A DNA stretch of 62,492 bases from Folioceros fuciformis (lineage: Eukaryota). Made by a program: the position numbers and the translations under genes. The stretch lies in the NCBI GenBank assembly GCA_049999805.1, contig JBNGIO010006342.1, positions 467,449 to 529,940 on the forward strand, read 5' to 3'. Below, piece after piece: positions 49,288 through 60,585 of the stretch. Numbering within the stretch: the stretch's first letter is position 1; each line of letters opens with the position of its first letter. The notes under the pieces are model-generated. The model had not been told where the DNA came from. It made no database searches and saw only the letters and a list, made by a program, of their open reading frames with translations.

Positions 49288-51534
49288 ATGGGTTTGGATG
49301 GCGGCACCATCATTTCTAGGTCTGATGTATTGCGTGGATCTTCATGGCGGGTGGCCTCTCAGACGTCGCAGCAAAGATCTACTCGTGGAGGACAACTTTC
49401 CTCGGACTTTGTGGCGGCTAACAGCTCGGCCAACACGGATGATCCTGCTGCTTGTTGGAACGTCTGTTCTCTCACCGGCCTGCCTTTGAGGTGCGGTTAT
49501 TTGTCCCGACGAGATGCTAGGCTTACAGAGTCACCTGCAGTGACGGATTTTTTTCAGCGTTCATGCTTTCTTGGATACTTGAGGAGGTTCACCAATTGTC
49601 TATGTGATATGCAGGGAGCCCGTGATGGTCTGTCACCTTGGAAGATTGTAAGCAATCTCGCTCTCTCTCTCTCTTTTCCTTCTGTGATATGGAAATGATC
49701 TGTGTTGCAAGAATTCGACGCTCCTGGTGGCTCTGCACCGTGTGGACACTTTTTTTGGGTGCATGTCTATGGATATGAACGAGAGACAGGGTCGTGCCTT
49801 AGTTTCTCCAGTATCTGGTTACTCATGTGAGTCCATTTTAAGCATGAAGCCATGCCAAGATGAGGTGTGCCCAGCGCTTAGTCCAGTGAGCAGTTTGGTC
49901 AGCACCTCTTTCTCGAAGCGATTTCGTCACATCGTTGCGCCTGAAGTCATACAGGTGGCCATTTTCCAGTGGGTCAATTTAGTTCGTGCCTGCAATGAGG
50001 TCCGAAACTGTGGCGCAGGGAATCCCCTTAGCTTCTGCCGTTATGGTATCAGCAGCAGCATTCTCTTGGCACTGGAGTTTGTAACCTTATTATTGACAGG
50101 ACACGGAAATTTGCTGTACGGGTGGTCATTGTGGTCGGAGGGGATTAGCTGTATAGGTTTAGGAAATGAAAGCTGCCTGTGACAGTTCTCCCTTGCTGCA
50201 AAGTGTCAACATATGAGTCACTTGACTTCAGACGGAGGCAGGTCCGATTGCAGGTCTTAAGCATATGCATCTCGTGGATGGTTCATTCTTCAGGTATAAC
50301 AAGGAGAGTGTTCTGGAGTTCTTGCTGGCGAAGAATGAAATCTTTCTTGACAACAATGCAAAGGTTAGTCGTTTACTTGTGAAGATAAGTACCAGTCGTG
50401 TTACCCTTATTACATGATACAACATGAGCAAGTGGTGACTTCTCTCAAACGTCAAGTCGGCTAGTGGTTGTTACGTGAATGTATGTTTCGTCTACTGCAG
50501 TGGAGACACATGAATCGGGAGCAGTGGGAGGCAGACTATGGCCACATTCGGTCTCTTAAGGTGAGGCATAGTTGAGCTTGCTTTAAAACACACCGTAGCC
50601 AGGTGCTCTGTAACGTTCTTGATCGCACTCAAGGTTCACACGTCAGTTTTGTGAGCCAACTGACCCTGCACCTGGCTCAGGATGTGTTTGAGTTGCGATT
50701 TTGCAGGGACCCTAAAGCATCCACGAATGAGGAATCAACAGACAAAGACAAGGGACAGAGTCTCCTGCAATGGATTTGTCCACTGACTGGCTCCTCCTTC
50801 GCCAACAGGCATGAACTACGCTGTGGTTATTGCAATTCTGCTCACCAATTCGCTCGTCACGTTGCACAGTTGACGAGGATGCATCTGTCCCTCCTGCAGG
50901 TTATCAGCCATAAGGACTTGTGGGCATTTTTTCAACACCCAGACTCTCCAACAGGTCTGCCCCTGACTGTATGAAACGTGAATGGTCTTGGACTTCCAGA
51001 TAGTACATCCTCGGTTCGGGCAGGGAATGTTCAGAAAGTAGTACAGGGCTGCTGAGAATGATTTCCGCTTGCGCCTTGCATGGTAGGGGGAACCAGGTCA
51101 AATTCACAGCCCATGTTTTGCAGGTGAGGGATGGAAACTGTCCTCTTTGCAATATGGGTTACTCGGACGACGACGTAGTTTATCTACACGGCTCCGAAGA
51201 CGAGGTACGTAATGCGGGAAAGGGCGCAGCGACCCAACCCAGCCAGAAGCCATGTGCCATTCGCTGTCCTGACATCCCGAGCATTTACTCACATCCATGT
51301 GCCTACTTGTGATGCGGGGCAGAAGCAGACACTGTTGGACAGACTTCAAAAGCGTCGGAGCAACAGACAGAAAAAGGTTGCCATCGGATGCCAACGGATG
51401 GAATCTCTGTGTTGGAATGTGTGCTGAACGCTTTCTGTTGCGTGTGTGGTGTCAGTTGTATCGATTGAAGTTTGTGGTGTTTGGTGAAACAGGGCAGCAG
51501 CAAACGACCCAAGCTTGATGTGGCGCCTTCATAG
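49288..51534 (+). CDS. RTF2: RTF2-like (replication termination factor 2, Rtf2 RING-like) protein, multi-exon
   Basis: MGLDGGTI start; WNVCSLTGLPL; RYNKESVLEFLL; GHIRSLK|DVFEL; WICPLTG; IRTCGH; CPLCNMGYSDDDVVYLHG; basic tail ending KRPKLDVAPS* (51534). Confidence 0.82.
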
Positions 51535-52352
51535 ACGTAGACAGTCGGGCAAGTGGCACGTTCCGAACATCCGGACGCAATGGCTTCAACGGGCGTACGT
51601 AACCCGTCCTTTCCCCCTTGTTATCAGTGAGTGCCTTTTCGGACTCTTACCCGCCGCTCAGCCTTGATCTCCTGCAGCTTCAGCTGGAATCCTCGGACAT
51701 TCTCGAAATAGTAGGCTGCTTGCTTTCGTATGGACCGCCGCAAGATCCTAAAAAGCGCTGGAGAGCCGCTGTCATTTGCCGCATTGGCAGGCTCCCCGCA
51801 TTGGTCGCTAACTGCATGCCGAGATGACCAAGTCACGGGGATGGGGATGATCTTAGCTGTCTGTGGTATGGGTTGGATAGCCTCCTTGTCCCTTCTTTCT
51901 CTACATGATTCCATCTCACGCTTCCGATGAGAGTGAGGATAAGGCTCTGTTTCTCAGACCTCATATGATTCATAGGACTAGACCAACTCCCTTGCCGGAT
52001 GGGATGGAAGTGGGACGCAATTCTCGACGGGTATATCCTCACTGGTTTTGGTGTCTGAGCTTTTGGATAAAGCTTCGAAGACTGAGAGGAATCCACAGAG
52101 ATAAGGTCCAGCTGAAGTAGATGCTACGCGTCCCGAGCTGATTTTAATTTGATTTTGGATGGGCGTAGTGTTTGTTTCTTCGGAGCTGTTTAAATCCCAA
52201 AATTTTGAAATGGTTGGGACGCTAGCCGGTGTTCGCGGCGTGGTGGCCTGTAATGCAGTCGAGCAAAGAGTGAACGGGACTGGATACCTGTTGGGCTTGA
52301 TTACCGCGCGTCGACGTCTTTGGAATGCTTGGATAGCGTTGAAAAGGAGAGG

Positions 52353-54055
52353 ATGGATCGGCGAGCTGCATTTCGGGTTGCAACAGTGTCGCACCATTTG
52401 GCGCCTTCCAGAAGGGATTTGGAGCTCCCTCCTCTGGAATCCCTGTCGCTAAGCAGCTGCGCCAGCACCTACAACAACAGCTATGGCCGGGTGCACGGGC
52501 AGGTGTCCTCCCAGCCCGTCGTCTGGGAGACGGTGGCCTTGCCTGGGCCGGAGCTCCAGGAAGTGGTGTACGAGAAGGCGGTGGGCGAGGGGATTGTCAA
52601 GGTAGGACAGCGGAATGCGGCGGAATGGAAGGGAAGAACGCTGCGTTGAATGGTCTGCAATTTTCTTGTGGGCTCGCTGGTTTGTGCAGATAACCATCAA
52701 CAGGCCGGAGAGGCGGAATGCGTTCACCCCGCTTACTGTGGCAGAGCTGGAGAGGTCGTTCTCTGCCGCTCGGGACGACCCGAAAGTGGGTGTCGTTATC
52801 CTCACCGGCAAGGTAGATGCTGCTCGGGGTTGGGATGGGATGGGATGGAGATGGTGTTCTAGTTTCCTCGCATTTCCTCACATGGGCTACGTTGTTGCAG
52901 GGCACGGAGGCGTTTTGCAGTGGAGGGGATCAGGCAGTTCGGGGGAAGCAGGGGTATGAAGGCCTCGGAGGGAGCGGGAGACTGAACGTGCTGGACTTGC
53001 AGGTACTATTCTCAAGGTGCAGTGGTTGGGACCGGGCCATGCCATGCCATGCGAATGAAGCCGTGACCTGCTTTCTTCGCAGGTTCAGATGAAACGGCTG
53101 CCCAAGCCCATCATCGCCATGGTGAGTGTCCCGTTGGTATGCGGAGTGGGAGCTCTGCAGCAGCAGCTGCCGCTGGGGGGCCTCATGGCTCATCTTCTCT
53201 TGGTTGTGCGTGGAATGGAACCCTAGGTGGCCGGGTATGCCGTCGGCGGTGGACACATTCTTCACATGGTTTCTGACCTCACAATTGCGGCTGACAATGC
53301 CGTGTTTGGCCAAACTGGCCCAAAGGTGATCACCGCCGCCATTCTACGCCCCTGGCAAGTGCTGTCGTCTGAATCTCCCTGCCACATCCTCACCACGTCG
53401 TCCTGCCCTGTCCCCTGCGCCTCCAGGTGGGAAGCTTCGATGCTGGGTATGGGTGCACGATGATGGCAAGACTGGTGAGACCCCTTTGCAGCCTGTGACA
53501 CGCATCCAATGCCCGCCCCCTATCCACACTTCGCACGCTTGTCCCAACAGGTAGGTCAGAAGAAAGCTCGGGAGATGTGGTTCCTGGCCAGGTTCTACGA
53601 CGCACAGGAGGCCAAGGAAATGGGCCTTGTCAACACCGTAGTTCCAGTAAGCCAACCTGTGCCCCCTCCCGTCCAAGCCTACCTTCATGCTGTGTGCTCA
53701 AACTCGCTCCTTCTTTCGCAGCTTGCAGAGTTGGAGCAAGAGACCGTGAAATGGTGCAGGGAGATCCTCCGCAACAGCCCGACTGCCGTCCGGGTTTGCA
53801 AGTCTGCCCTGAATGCTGCCGAGGATGGCCATGCAGGCCTGCAGGTACACGTTGGTGTTGCCCATCCCTCACATACTCGTGCCTCAAGCATGATCTTGCT
53901 CTAAGTTAACTGCCCACCTCCTGCTCTCGCACTCGCAGGAGCTGGCCGGGAATGCAACGCTGCTCTTCTACGGCTCCGAGGAAGGCCAGGAGGGAAGGAA
54001 CGCCTACATGGAAGGTCGAAGGCCTGACTTCTCTCGATTCCCCTGGCTGCCTTGA
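52353..54055 (+). CDS. MENB: 1,4-dihydroxy-2-naphthoyl-CoA synthase (naphthoate synthase, phylloquinone pathway) with PTS2, multi-exon
   Basis: [85 protein letters not shown]2 RVATVSHHL. Confidence 0.96.
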
Positions 54056-56099
54056 CCCTGCCTGACGCCAACCCCCAGCCGTAACAATGGTGACCTGGTT
54101 GGAATCTGTGGTCGACAACGATTTGTTATCCATTCGTCTGCCATATTAATTGATTCAAAAGCTACCTACACAGATTCATAATTTGTACCCTCCCTCTGTC
54201 ACGTACATCCACGTCCCATCGAGTGCGACAGATATGGATTCTGATCACTTCGAGATAGAGATGCCTGCCTATTTTTCTCAATTTTCGAAGTGAACATATT
54301 ATGGCAAGTATGGTATCTTTTGCACCATTCAAGCTGTTCTAACGCGTCCCTCCTCGAGCGTGGGGTGGTAGGCATACCTGGTGGACACCTGAGCCATCCT
54401 GGGGTCAAGAGCACCTGAATACACATGTGTAGGAAATGGACAGCAGCTCGGAGGAAGGGACAGTACAGCCATCGCCACCAGCTGTCCATATTTCACCTGT
54501 TGCAAAATGCTGCGAGTAGCCTTCCTCTTGTGATGCTGCACCTACCTCCTTCGCCCCCCAACTTGCGTGTCCTTGCCCGTGTGTCGTGGGCTGAAATGGA
54601 GGGGAGGGATCAGGGAGGCGCTGCGCCCAGCAGGCACTGCTGCAGCACTACCAAGTCCGGACTCCGGCTGCTTTGACCGGCCTTCCCCATGAATGATCCA
54701 ATTTGACTGTCCTACTTCAAGTTGGCAGAAAACGCGGATCTGCAACCGGTGATGGACTTGGAATAATGCACCATCACGGCAACCTTAGTGCCGATGATCA
54801 ATCATGGGGCTCCGGCTGGAGCTGGAGCTGGAGATGGAGATGGTTAGTACTAGTGTAATTGGGTTTGGGTTCAAATTAGTGAGAACATGTTGTATGTGTG
54901 TACGTTTGTAGATGGAGTATGCGTTTTTTGTGGATTCCAAGAGACTGGTGGAAGCCAGGGGGCCACGATGCCGGCCAGCCAGCCATGTCTCTGCCTTGAC
55001 TGGATTGACTGGACGGACGGAGTGCTTGCTGTGGCACGAGCCGAGCCAGGTGGCGGCCCGCACGCCCAGGCTCCTCGCATGTGCAGCATCATTCCAGTTC
55101 CAGGCTCGATCGCGAACTTCTGCTGGCCAGTTCGGTTCCACTCTCGACTTCAGCATGGCTCTGATGCTCTCTTTGATTGTGTTTGTGGGCAGTTGTGGGC
55201 TTTCATGTCTCTGTGTCTGTCGGCTGCGAGGCAGTGACCACGCCTCGCGGGGCGGGAGGGGAAGCATCCCGTTTGTTACCGTTCTGGGGTCTGGATGTTC
55301 TAGGTCCAGGGCAGACATGCCGCCCGCTCATGTACATACATGTGGGTTGATGTATGGAGGGCATGTGGGCGGTGGTGATGGCGTCACGGTGAAGGGTGGA
55401 GTCTGGAGGGAGAGAACAGATATGGAGTGCCACCACTGACACGAGGTGACGAGAGAATCAGCAGCGTTGGCTTGTCAAAGGCTGTTTTGCAGCGGTCAAG
55501 TTCCTTGAGCGCGAAACTCCAGAGAACTGGACAATGTACAGAGCAGAGTGATGAGCCCAGCGCATCATCAGTCCTTGAATTAGAGCCCCATTATGGTTCT
55601 GATTACGCCGTGGTAGATCAGGCAGCTGATTCTGTACGGCGAGGCTGGGCCGCGGTAGATCGGAGACCTCGCGAGTGGCAGAGGCCGCGGAACGGATGCA
55701 TGCCAGGAAACAAGTACTGTCCGCACTCCTGAATTGAAGTTGGAACGAACGCACTGCAACTCTGCCACAGCCCGGGCCCCGGCCCCGGCCCCGGCTCCGG
55801 CCTTCGCCGGCCCGAAGCAGGCCGCCTTTGGAGTCTGCAGTGCTCTCACTTCTGCCACTTCCTCCTGCTTCCCTCACTCGTGTCAATCCACCAGGCTCCC
55901 ACTGCACAGTACCGTTCTTCTCTCACCTTTTCCCCCCACCTCTCTCGCCTGTCTTCTTTCATTTGGCTCCCACCTGTCTTCCAGAGCCCCCCCAGAGTCC
56001 GGACAGAAACGAAAAGGCCTTGGGTCGCAGCGGTCCACACTCAACATCGTCCAGTCAGCAAGAATGTCACCATCTCAGTCGTCGTGTACCTGCAGGGAC

Positions 56100-56340
56100 G
56101 CAGACTTGGCTGCCACATGTGCCTCACAACCGCTTGCGAATTCTGCAACGTCCGTTTCAGAAACTTGGCTGAGCTGAGCGTAAGGACGAAGAGAAAGACC
56201 AGATTCGAGACCGTCTGATGCGCTTGCAAGCAGGCTTGGCCACCACATCTGTCTCACCACTGCTTGCGACTTCTGCAACGTTTATTTCAGAATTGATTGA
56301 GCATAAGGAAGAAGAGAAAGACCACATTCAAGACCGTCTC
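56100..56340. repeat. Diverged tandem duplication (~131 bp period)
   Basis: 56100-56217 resembles 56231-56340 (ttctgcaacg...gaagagaaagacca...agaccgtct). Confidence 0.75.
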
Positions 56341-56779
56341 TTGCATTTGCCACAATCATGCACACTGGGGACGGGATGGCGCTCAAAACCTCCTTCATTT
56401 CATATATCACACAGTTCAGAGAACCTTTCCCTACCACCGTGACGACACAGCTGCCCAAATGATCTAACAAAGCGGCTTGTACCTCCCTACCTAGCTAGCT
56501 AACTGGAGGCTTGAGCCTAATAATCTGGTGCTGCTTCCTTGCTGACAAAACTAACCTACCCTCTGGGTTGTGGATTATACAAGCCTGCGGTTCTGATAGT
56601 GTTACAATCCTAACCCCTAATTCCTAATTCCTACGCCTAATGCTGCAGCCTGACAAAAAAGGAGAGACATGGCGCCAGAGAGGCCCGGCAAGGGCAAGGC
56701 AAGGCAGCCTGAGTGCTCTGTACAATCACGTAGGACTCCACTCCTCCTGCCTGGCAGAAATGGCCTCAAGACGAGACGA

Positions 56780-58069
56780 TCAGAAGGGTGCGATGTCGGT
56801 GCGGCCGAATTGGGCAGAGCAAGGATCGGCAGCCCAGACCTTCCAGAGCAACTTGAGCAACTCCATGCTCTTCCTCTTGGCTCTGGACGTGCAGTCGCTC
56901 TGGAGAAGCAGCAAAAGCTGGGTGAACAAACCGGCCTGCACCGCCTCCTGCTGGAGAGCCTCGCTGTGGGAGCACACGGCGAGCAGCGCTCCCGTGGCGT
57001 ACTCCGTGGCGCCCCCGGGGAAGGTGAGGATCATCCTGGTGAGAGCGGGCAGGGCCAGAGCGTGGGCGGCGATTGCCTCCCGGCCTTCCGCCGTCTTGCA
57101 CACCAGCTCCAGCGTGGCTAGAGCTGTCTCCGCATCTCCCTGCTGCCTGAGGTTGGGAAGGAGCTCGATTAGCGCGCTGCAGACTCCGGCCTTGACCGCC
57201 CGCTCCCGGTTGGAGCGCTCCAGGCAGACGGAGAGCAGGGCCCTGATCCCGGTCTTCACAGCCGTGGGGTAAAAATCTTGCTTAACCAAGGCGACCAGGC
57301 CGTCCATGACGCCTCGAGTGGCCCCGACCAGCTGCTTGAGATGGTCATCGGCGGAGGAGGTGAGGAGCCCCAGGATGGCTCCGGCATTCACCCTCGCCTC
57401 CATGCTGCCTCTGCAGAGCAAGGACGCGAGGGCGAGGCGGGTGTCCTTCCGAAAGAGGAACATGCTGGGAGCCTCGGAGTCGGAGGATAGCGCAGCGCTG
57501 GGATGGGAATCGGGCCCGCGCCCGGGCAGGGGCAGGGGCAGTATAGCCAGGGCGGCCAGAGCCTCTTCCGCCAGGAGATTCTCCCCGTCCCGCGCCCACT
57601 CCTGCCTGCAAAATTCAGCCGACAGGGCGTCCATGAGCACCGCGGCGGCTCCCCCCCGCGCGATAAGCAGCCGGTTCTTGTCGCTCTCCTTGGCCAGCGC
57701 CCGGATGGCCTTGACCGCGGCGAGGCAGAGTGCGGGGGCCCCGGACTTAACCTCCCGCAGCAGCGCCGCAACCCGATCGGGATCCGCCGGCTGCTTGGGG
57801 GTGGGAATCCGCTCCACGCCCTGCGATCTGTTGGCGACGCACCACTCCTGGATGAGCCGCCGGAGCGTGTGGTTGGGGATGAGGGACTTGTCGTGCAGGC
57901 GCTGCATGGTGGCGGGGCAGGTGGAATTGCCGTCCTCCACCCACTTCTCGATGCTCTCCCTGTCGTAGGTCTGGCCTGTGCTGAGAGTCACCGGGTCCCG
58001 CATCAGATCCAGCGAGATGGGGCAGCGGAAGTGGTGCGGGATCTGGATCCGCAGCTCCTTGCTCTTCAT
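56780..58069 (-). CDS. U-box/ARM E3 ubiquitin ligase (PUB25/26-like), intronless
   Basis: IPHHFRCPISLDLMRDPVTLSTGQTYDRESIEKW...LIPNHTLRRLIQEWCVANRSQGVERIPTPKQPA; C-terminal LLLLLQSDCTSRAKRKSMELLKLL; likely start MKSKEL at 58069. Confidence 0.95.
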   Translation of the reverse strand: MKSKELRIQIPHHFRCPISLDLMRDPVTLSTGQTYDRESIEKWVEDGNSTCPATMQRLHDKSLIPNHTLRRLIQEWCVANRSQGVERIPTPKQPADPDRVAALLREVKSGAPALCLAAVKAIRALAKESDKNRLLIARGGAAAVLMDALSAEFCRQEWARDGENLLAEEALAALAILPLPLPGRGPDSHPSAALSSDSEAPSMFLFRKDTRLALASLLCRGSMEARVNAGAILGLLTSSADDHLKQLVGATRGVMDGLVALVKQDFYPTAVKTGIRALLSVCLERSNRERAVKAGVCSALIELLPNLRQQGDAETALATLELVCKTAEGREAIAAHALALPALTRMILTFPGGATEYATGALLAVCSHSEALQQEAVQAGLFTQLLLLLQSDCTSRAKRKSMELLKLLWKVWAADPCSAQFGRTDIAPF

Positions 58070-58582
58070 GGCGGTGGGGAGTGGCGAGCGGCAGCAGCAG
58101 GCCTCGCTCCCGAGCTTTTCCTCCCGCCCAGAGCGCAAAATCGGTTGGAGCAGGGGCTGCAGCCCACGAGCGCGATTTAGAGCAGAGCAGGCGGCGGCAG
58201 CGGGGGCGGGAGCGGGAGTGGGAGCGGGAGCAGGAACTGGAACATGGGCAGGCTCATCTGACGCGCGCCTTGAGCTGGAGAAGCAGCCACGGCAATGGCT
58301 ATATCCGGTGCGTGGAGCCTGCAGCATCTGCGGACTCTGCAGTGGGCTCTGGGGCGTCGGGCGTGCGCATCAGGAACAAGGCCGCATTGGGCGTCGCTGG
58401 ATTCAAGAGCTCCGGGGAGAGGGGGCCCGGGAACGGGCCAAGTTGAGGTGGGCCTCGGGAAGGGCACCCTGCCGCTGGGTCCTGGACTGGGCTGGGTTGC
58501 CTGGGCTGGTCTGGCCTGGCCCGGCCTGGCCTCCGCGGCCTGGCAACAGGCTTGCGGCAGAGACAAAAAGAGAGCTGGGCCA

Positions 58583-58866
58583 AGGCAGAGGCAGAGGCAG
58601 AGGCAGAGGCAGAGGCAGAGGCAGAGGCANNNNNNNNNNNNNNNNNNNNNNNNNNNNNNNNNNNNNNNNNNNNNNNNNNNNNNNNNNNNNNNNNNNNNNN
58701 NNNNNNNNNNNNNNNNNNNNNNNNNNNNNAGGCAGAGGCAGAGGCAGAGGCAGAGGCAGAGGCAGAGGCAGAGGCAGAGGCAGAGGCAGAGGCAGAGGCA
58801 GAGGCAGAGGCAGAGGCAGAGGCAGAGGCAGAGGCAGAGGCAGCGGCAGCGGCAGCGGCAGCGGCA
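58583..58866. repeat. (AGGCAG)n hexanucleotide microsatellite grading into (CGGCAG)n; contains 100-N gap 58630-58729
   Basis: Directly visible. Confidence 0.97.
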
Positions 58867-60585
58867 GTCACAGAGCTGGCGAACGACACAGAAAGCAAGG
58901 CCAGGGGCAGAGGCAGAGGCAGACGGGAGACAGAGGCAGGGCCAGAGCTTGTTGGTGAAGAGAATGATGGGGATCCTCGGCGCCACATGCTTTGCCGCGA
59001 GACGGAGGTGGGAGAGCCCAAAGATGGCCTGCCTCCTGCCAGAGTGCTCCTGGCTCCCCTCCGCCACCGCAGCCTGTTCCGGGCCGTGCCAGAATCGCAA
59101 GATCGAAGGCCTTCCTTGCGGCCTGCACCTGCTGCATTCCAGTCAAAGCCTGCCACAAGTCTGGTCAAGCCATGCCGCTCCATCTCTCTATTCTCTCTCT
59201 ACTCTCTCTCTCCCCTTCTTCGTCCGGACATCCCGCAGCCCTGGCGGCATCTCTTATCCCTTTCTTTTCCCCTCGTCTTCGCTTCTTTGCCGTTCTTTCC
59301 CCTTGGCATTGCCTTCCCTTCCCTCCCCCCTTCCCTTCCCTTCCCTTTCCCTTGCGTGTGGAACTCGGCTTTCGTCTGGGAATTGGGAGTCGCACCCCCC
59401 GGCATCTCACCACCAAACTTGGTGGACCCAAAAATGCGAGATGCCTCGCACCTTACGACGCACTGCCCACGCTTGGCCTCTCCAAAGTTCTCTAATCTGG
59501 GACTGCGCATTTCGTGGTGGATGTCTCCCTCCCTTTCCTAATTCCTCCTTCCCTCCCTCCCTTCCATCTTTCAGCCCTTCCTTCATCACCCCGCTCTGAG
59601 GCATGCAATGCTATACGAGGACACAAGGAGCCTACACGCTACCACTGACTGTACTAAACTGTGTTTGCTTAAATTCGTGTAGTCTCCTGCGGCAATGAAA
59701 ACTGCATATGGGCAGCCAGACCTGCTGTGCAGCGAACAAAACGAAGGGTGCCCACCCCCTGATGATGCTCCCTCCTGCTGCCCCGGGGCTTCACACCATA
59801 ACAAAATGCTCTCCTGGGCCACATGCTCTCATAAGCACCGGGCTGGGACTGGAGTCTTCGATATTACTACTCCCTGGGCTGACAGACTCTGTATGCCGCA
59901 TTATTTACTTATGCATTGCCTGGATGCCGCATTTCTTTCTTTGCCAGAGCTGGCGACCGTTTGCCCGGGTAAAGGGGCCCGCAGCCCGCAGCCCGCAGCC
60001 CCCGACCCGCGGCCCGGACCAGGCTCTAGATGCTAGTACACTCCATGTCTGTCCTCACATATTGTTTTCTTTCCCTGAGTATCTAAAAAAGAAGGACGGC
60101 TGCTCCGGCCTCCTGCCCACATTTGACCCTCTGTACGACAGTCAACGTGACCTGGCTCGTGGGGCGTGTGCCCGTTCCGTTCTCTGCTGGCTCGGCCTGC
60201 TCCCTGGGCCTCACTGCCCACGTACATACTACCCACGCCCAAACTGCTGCACACTCCACTCTAATGCCCAATACGGGTGCCTATCTGCGGCTTTCTGACG
60301 GAGAATTGGTACCGTAGAAGAAGAACCAGAAGAATTTTATTCAAGTTCATTAATAATCCGGGATTGGAATAGCTATTGCATAAATTAAATTAAATTTTAC
60401 AGAATATAAGTACTTTTTAGGAGTCCATGAAGTAGCTTCATGGGAGCATTTCAAGTCTTGGATTGGAGGATGAGGATGGCCGACATAGCCCCTCCTTTGC
60501 ATTGGATTGAAAGGATTCATTGTTGAGGGACTACAAATACTGCACTTCAACTATGAAAACGAACAATTTTACTTGTTTGCAAATG

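Noticed and set aside
46839-54055. SDR plus MenB as a biosynthetic gene cluster
   Set aside because: Separated by unrelated RTF2; no known pathway link and no other tailoring enzymes nearby
58070-58327. 86-aa N-terminal extension of the U-box ORF (start at 58327)
   Set aside because: Low-complexity GC-rich leader; PUB homology begins at MKSKEL (58069), so it is probably 5' UTR
57978-59599. Long ORFs (294-434 aa) with poly-GR/RQ/AE/CL/AS runs
   Set aside because: Artefacts of the stop-free hexamer microsatellite, the N gap and high GC
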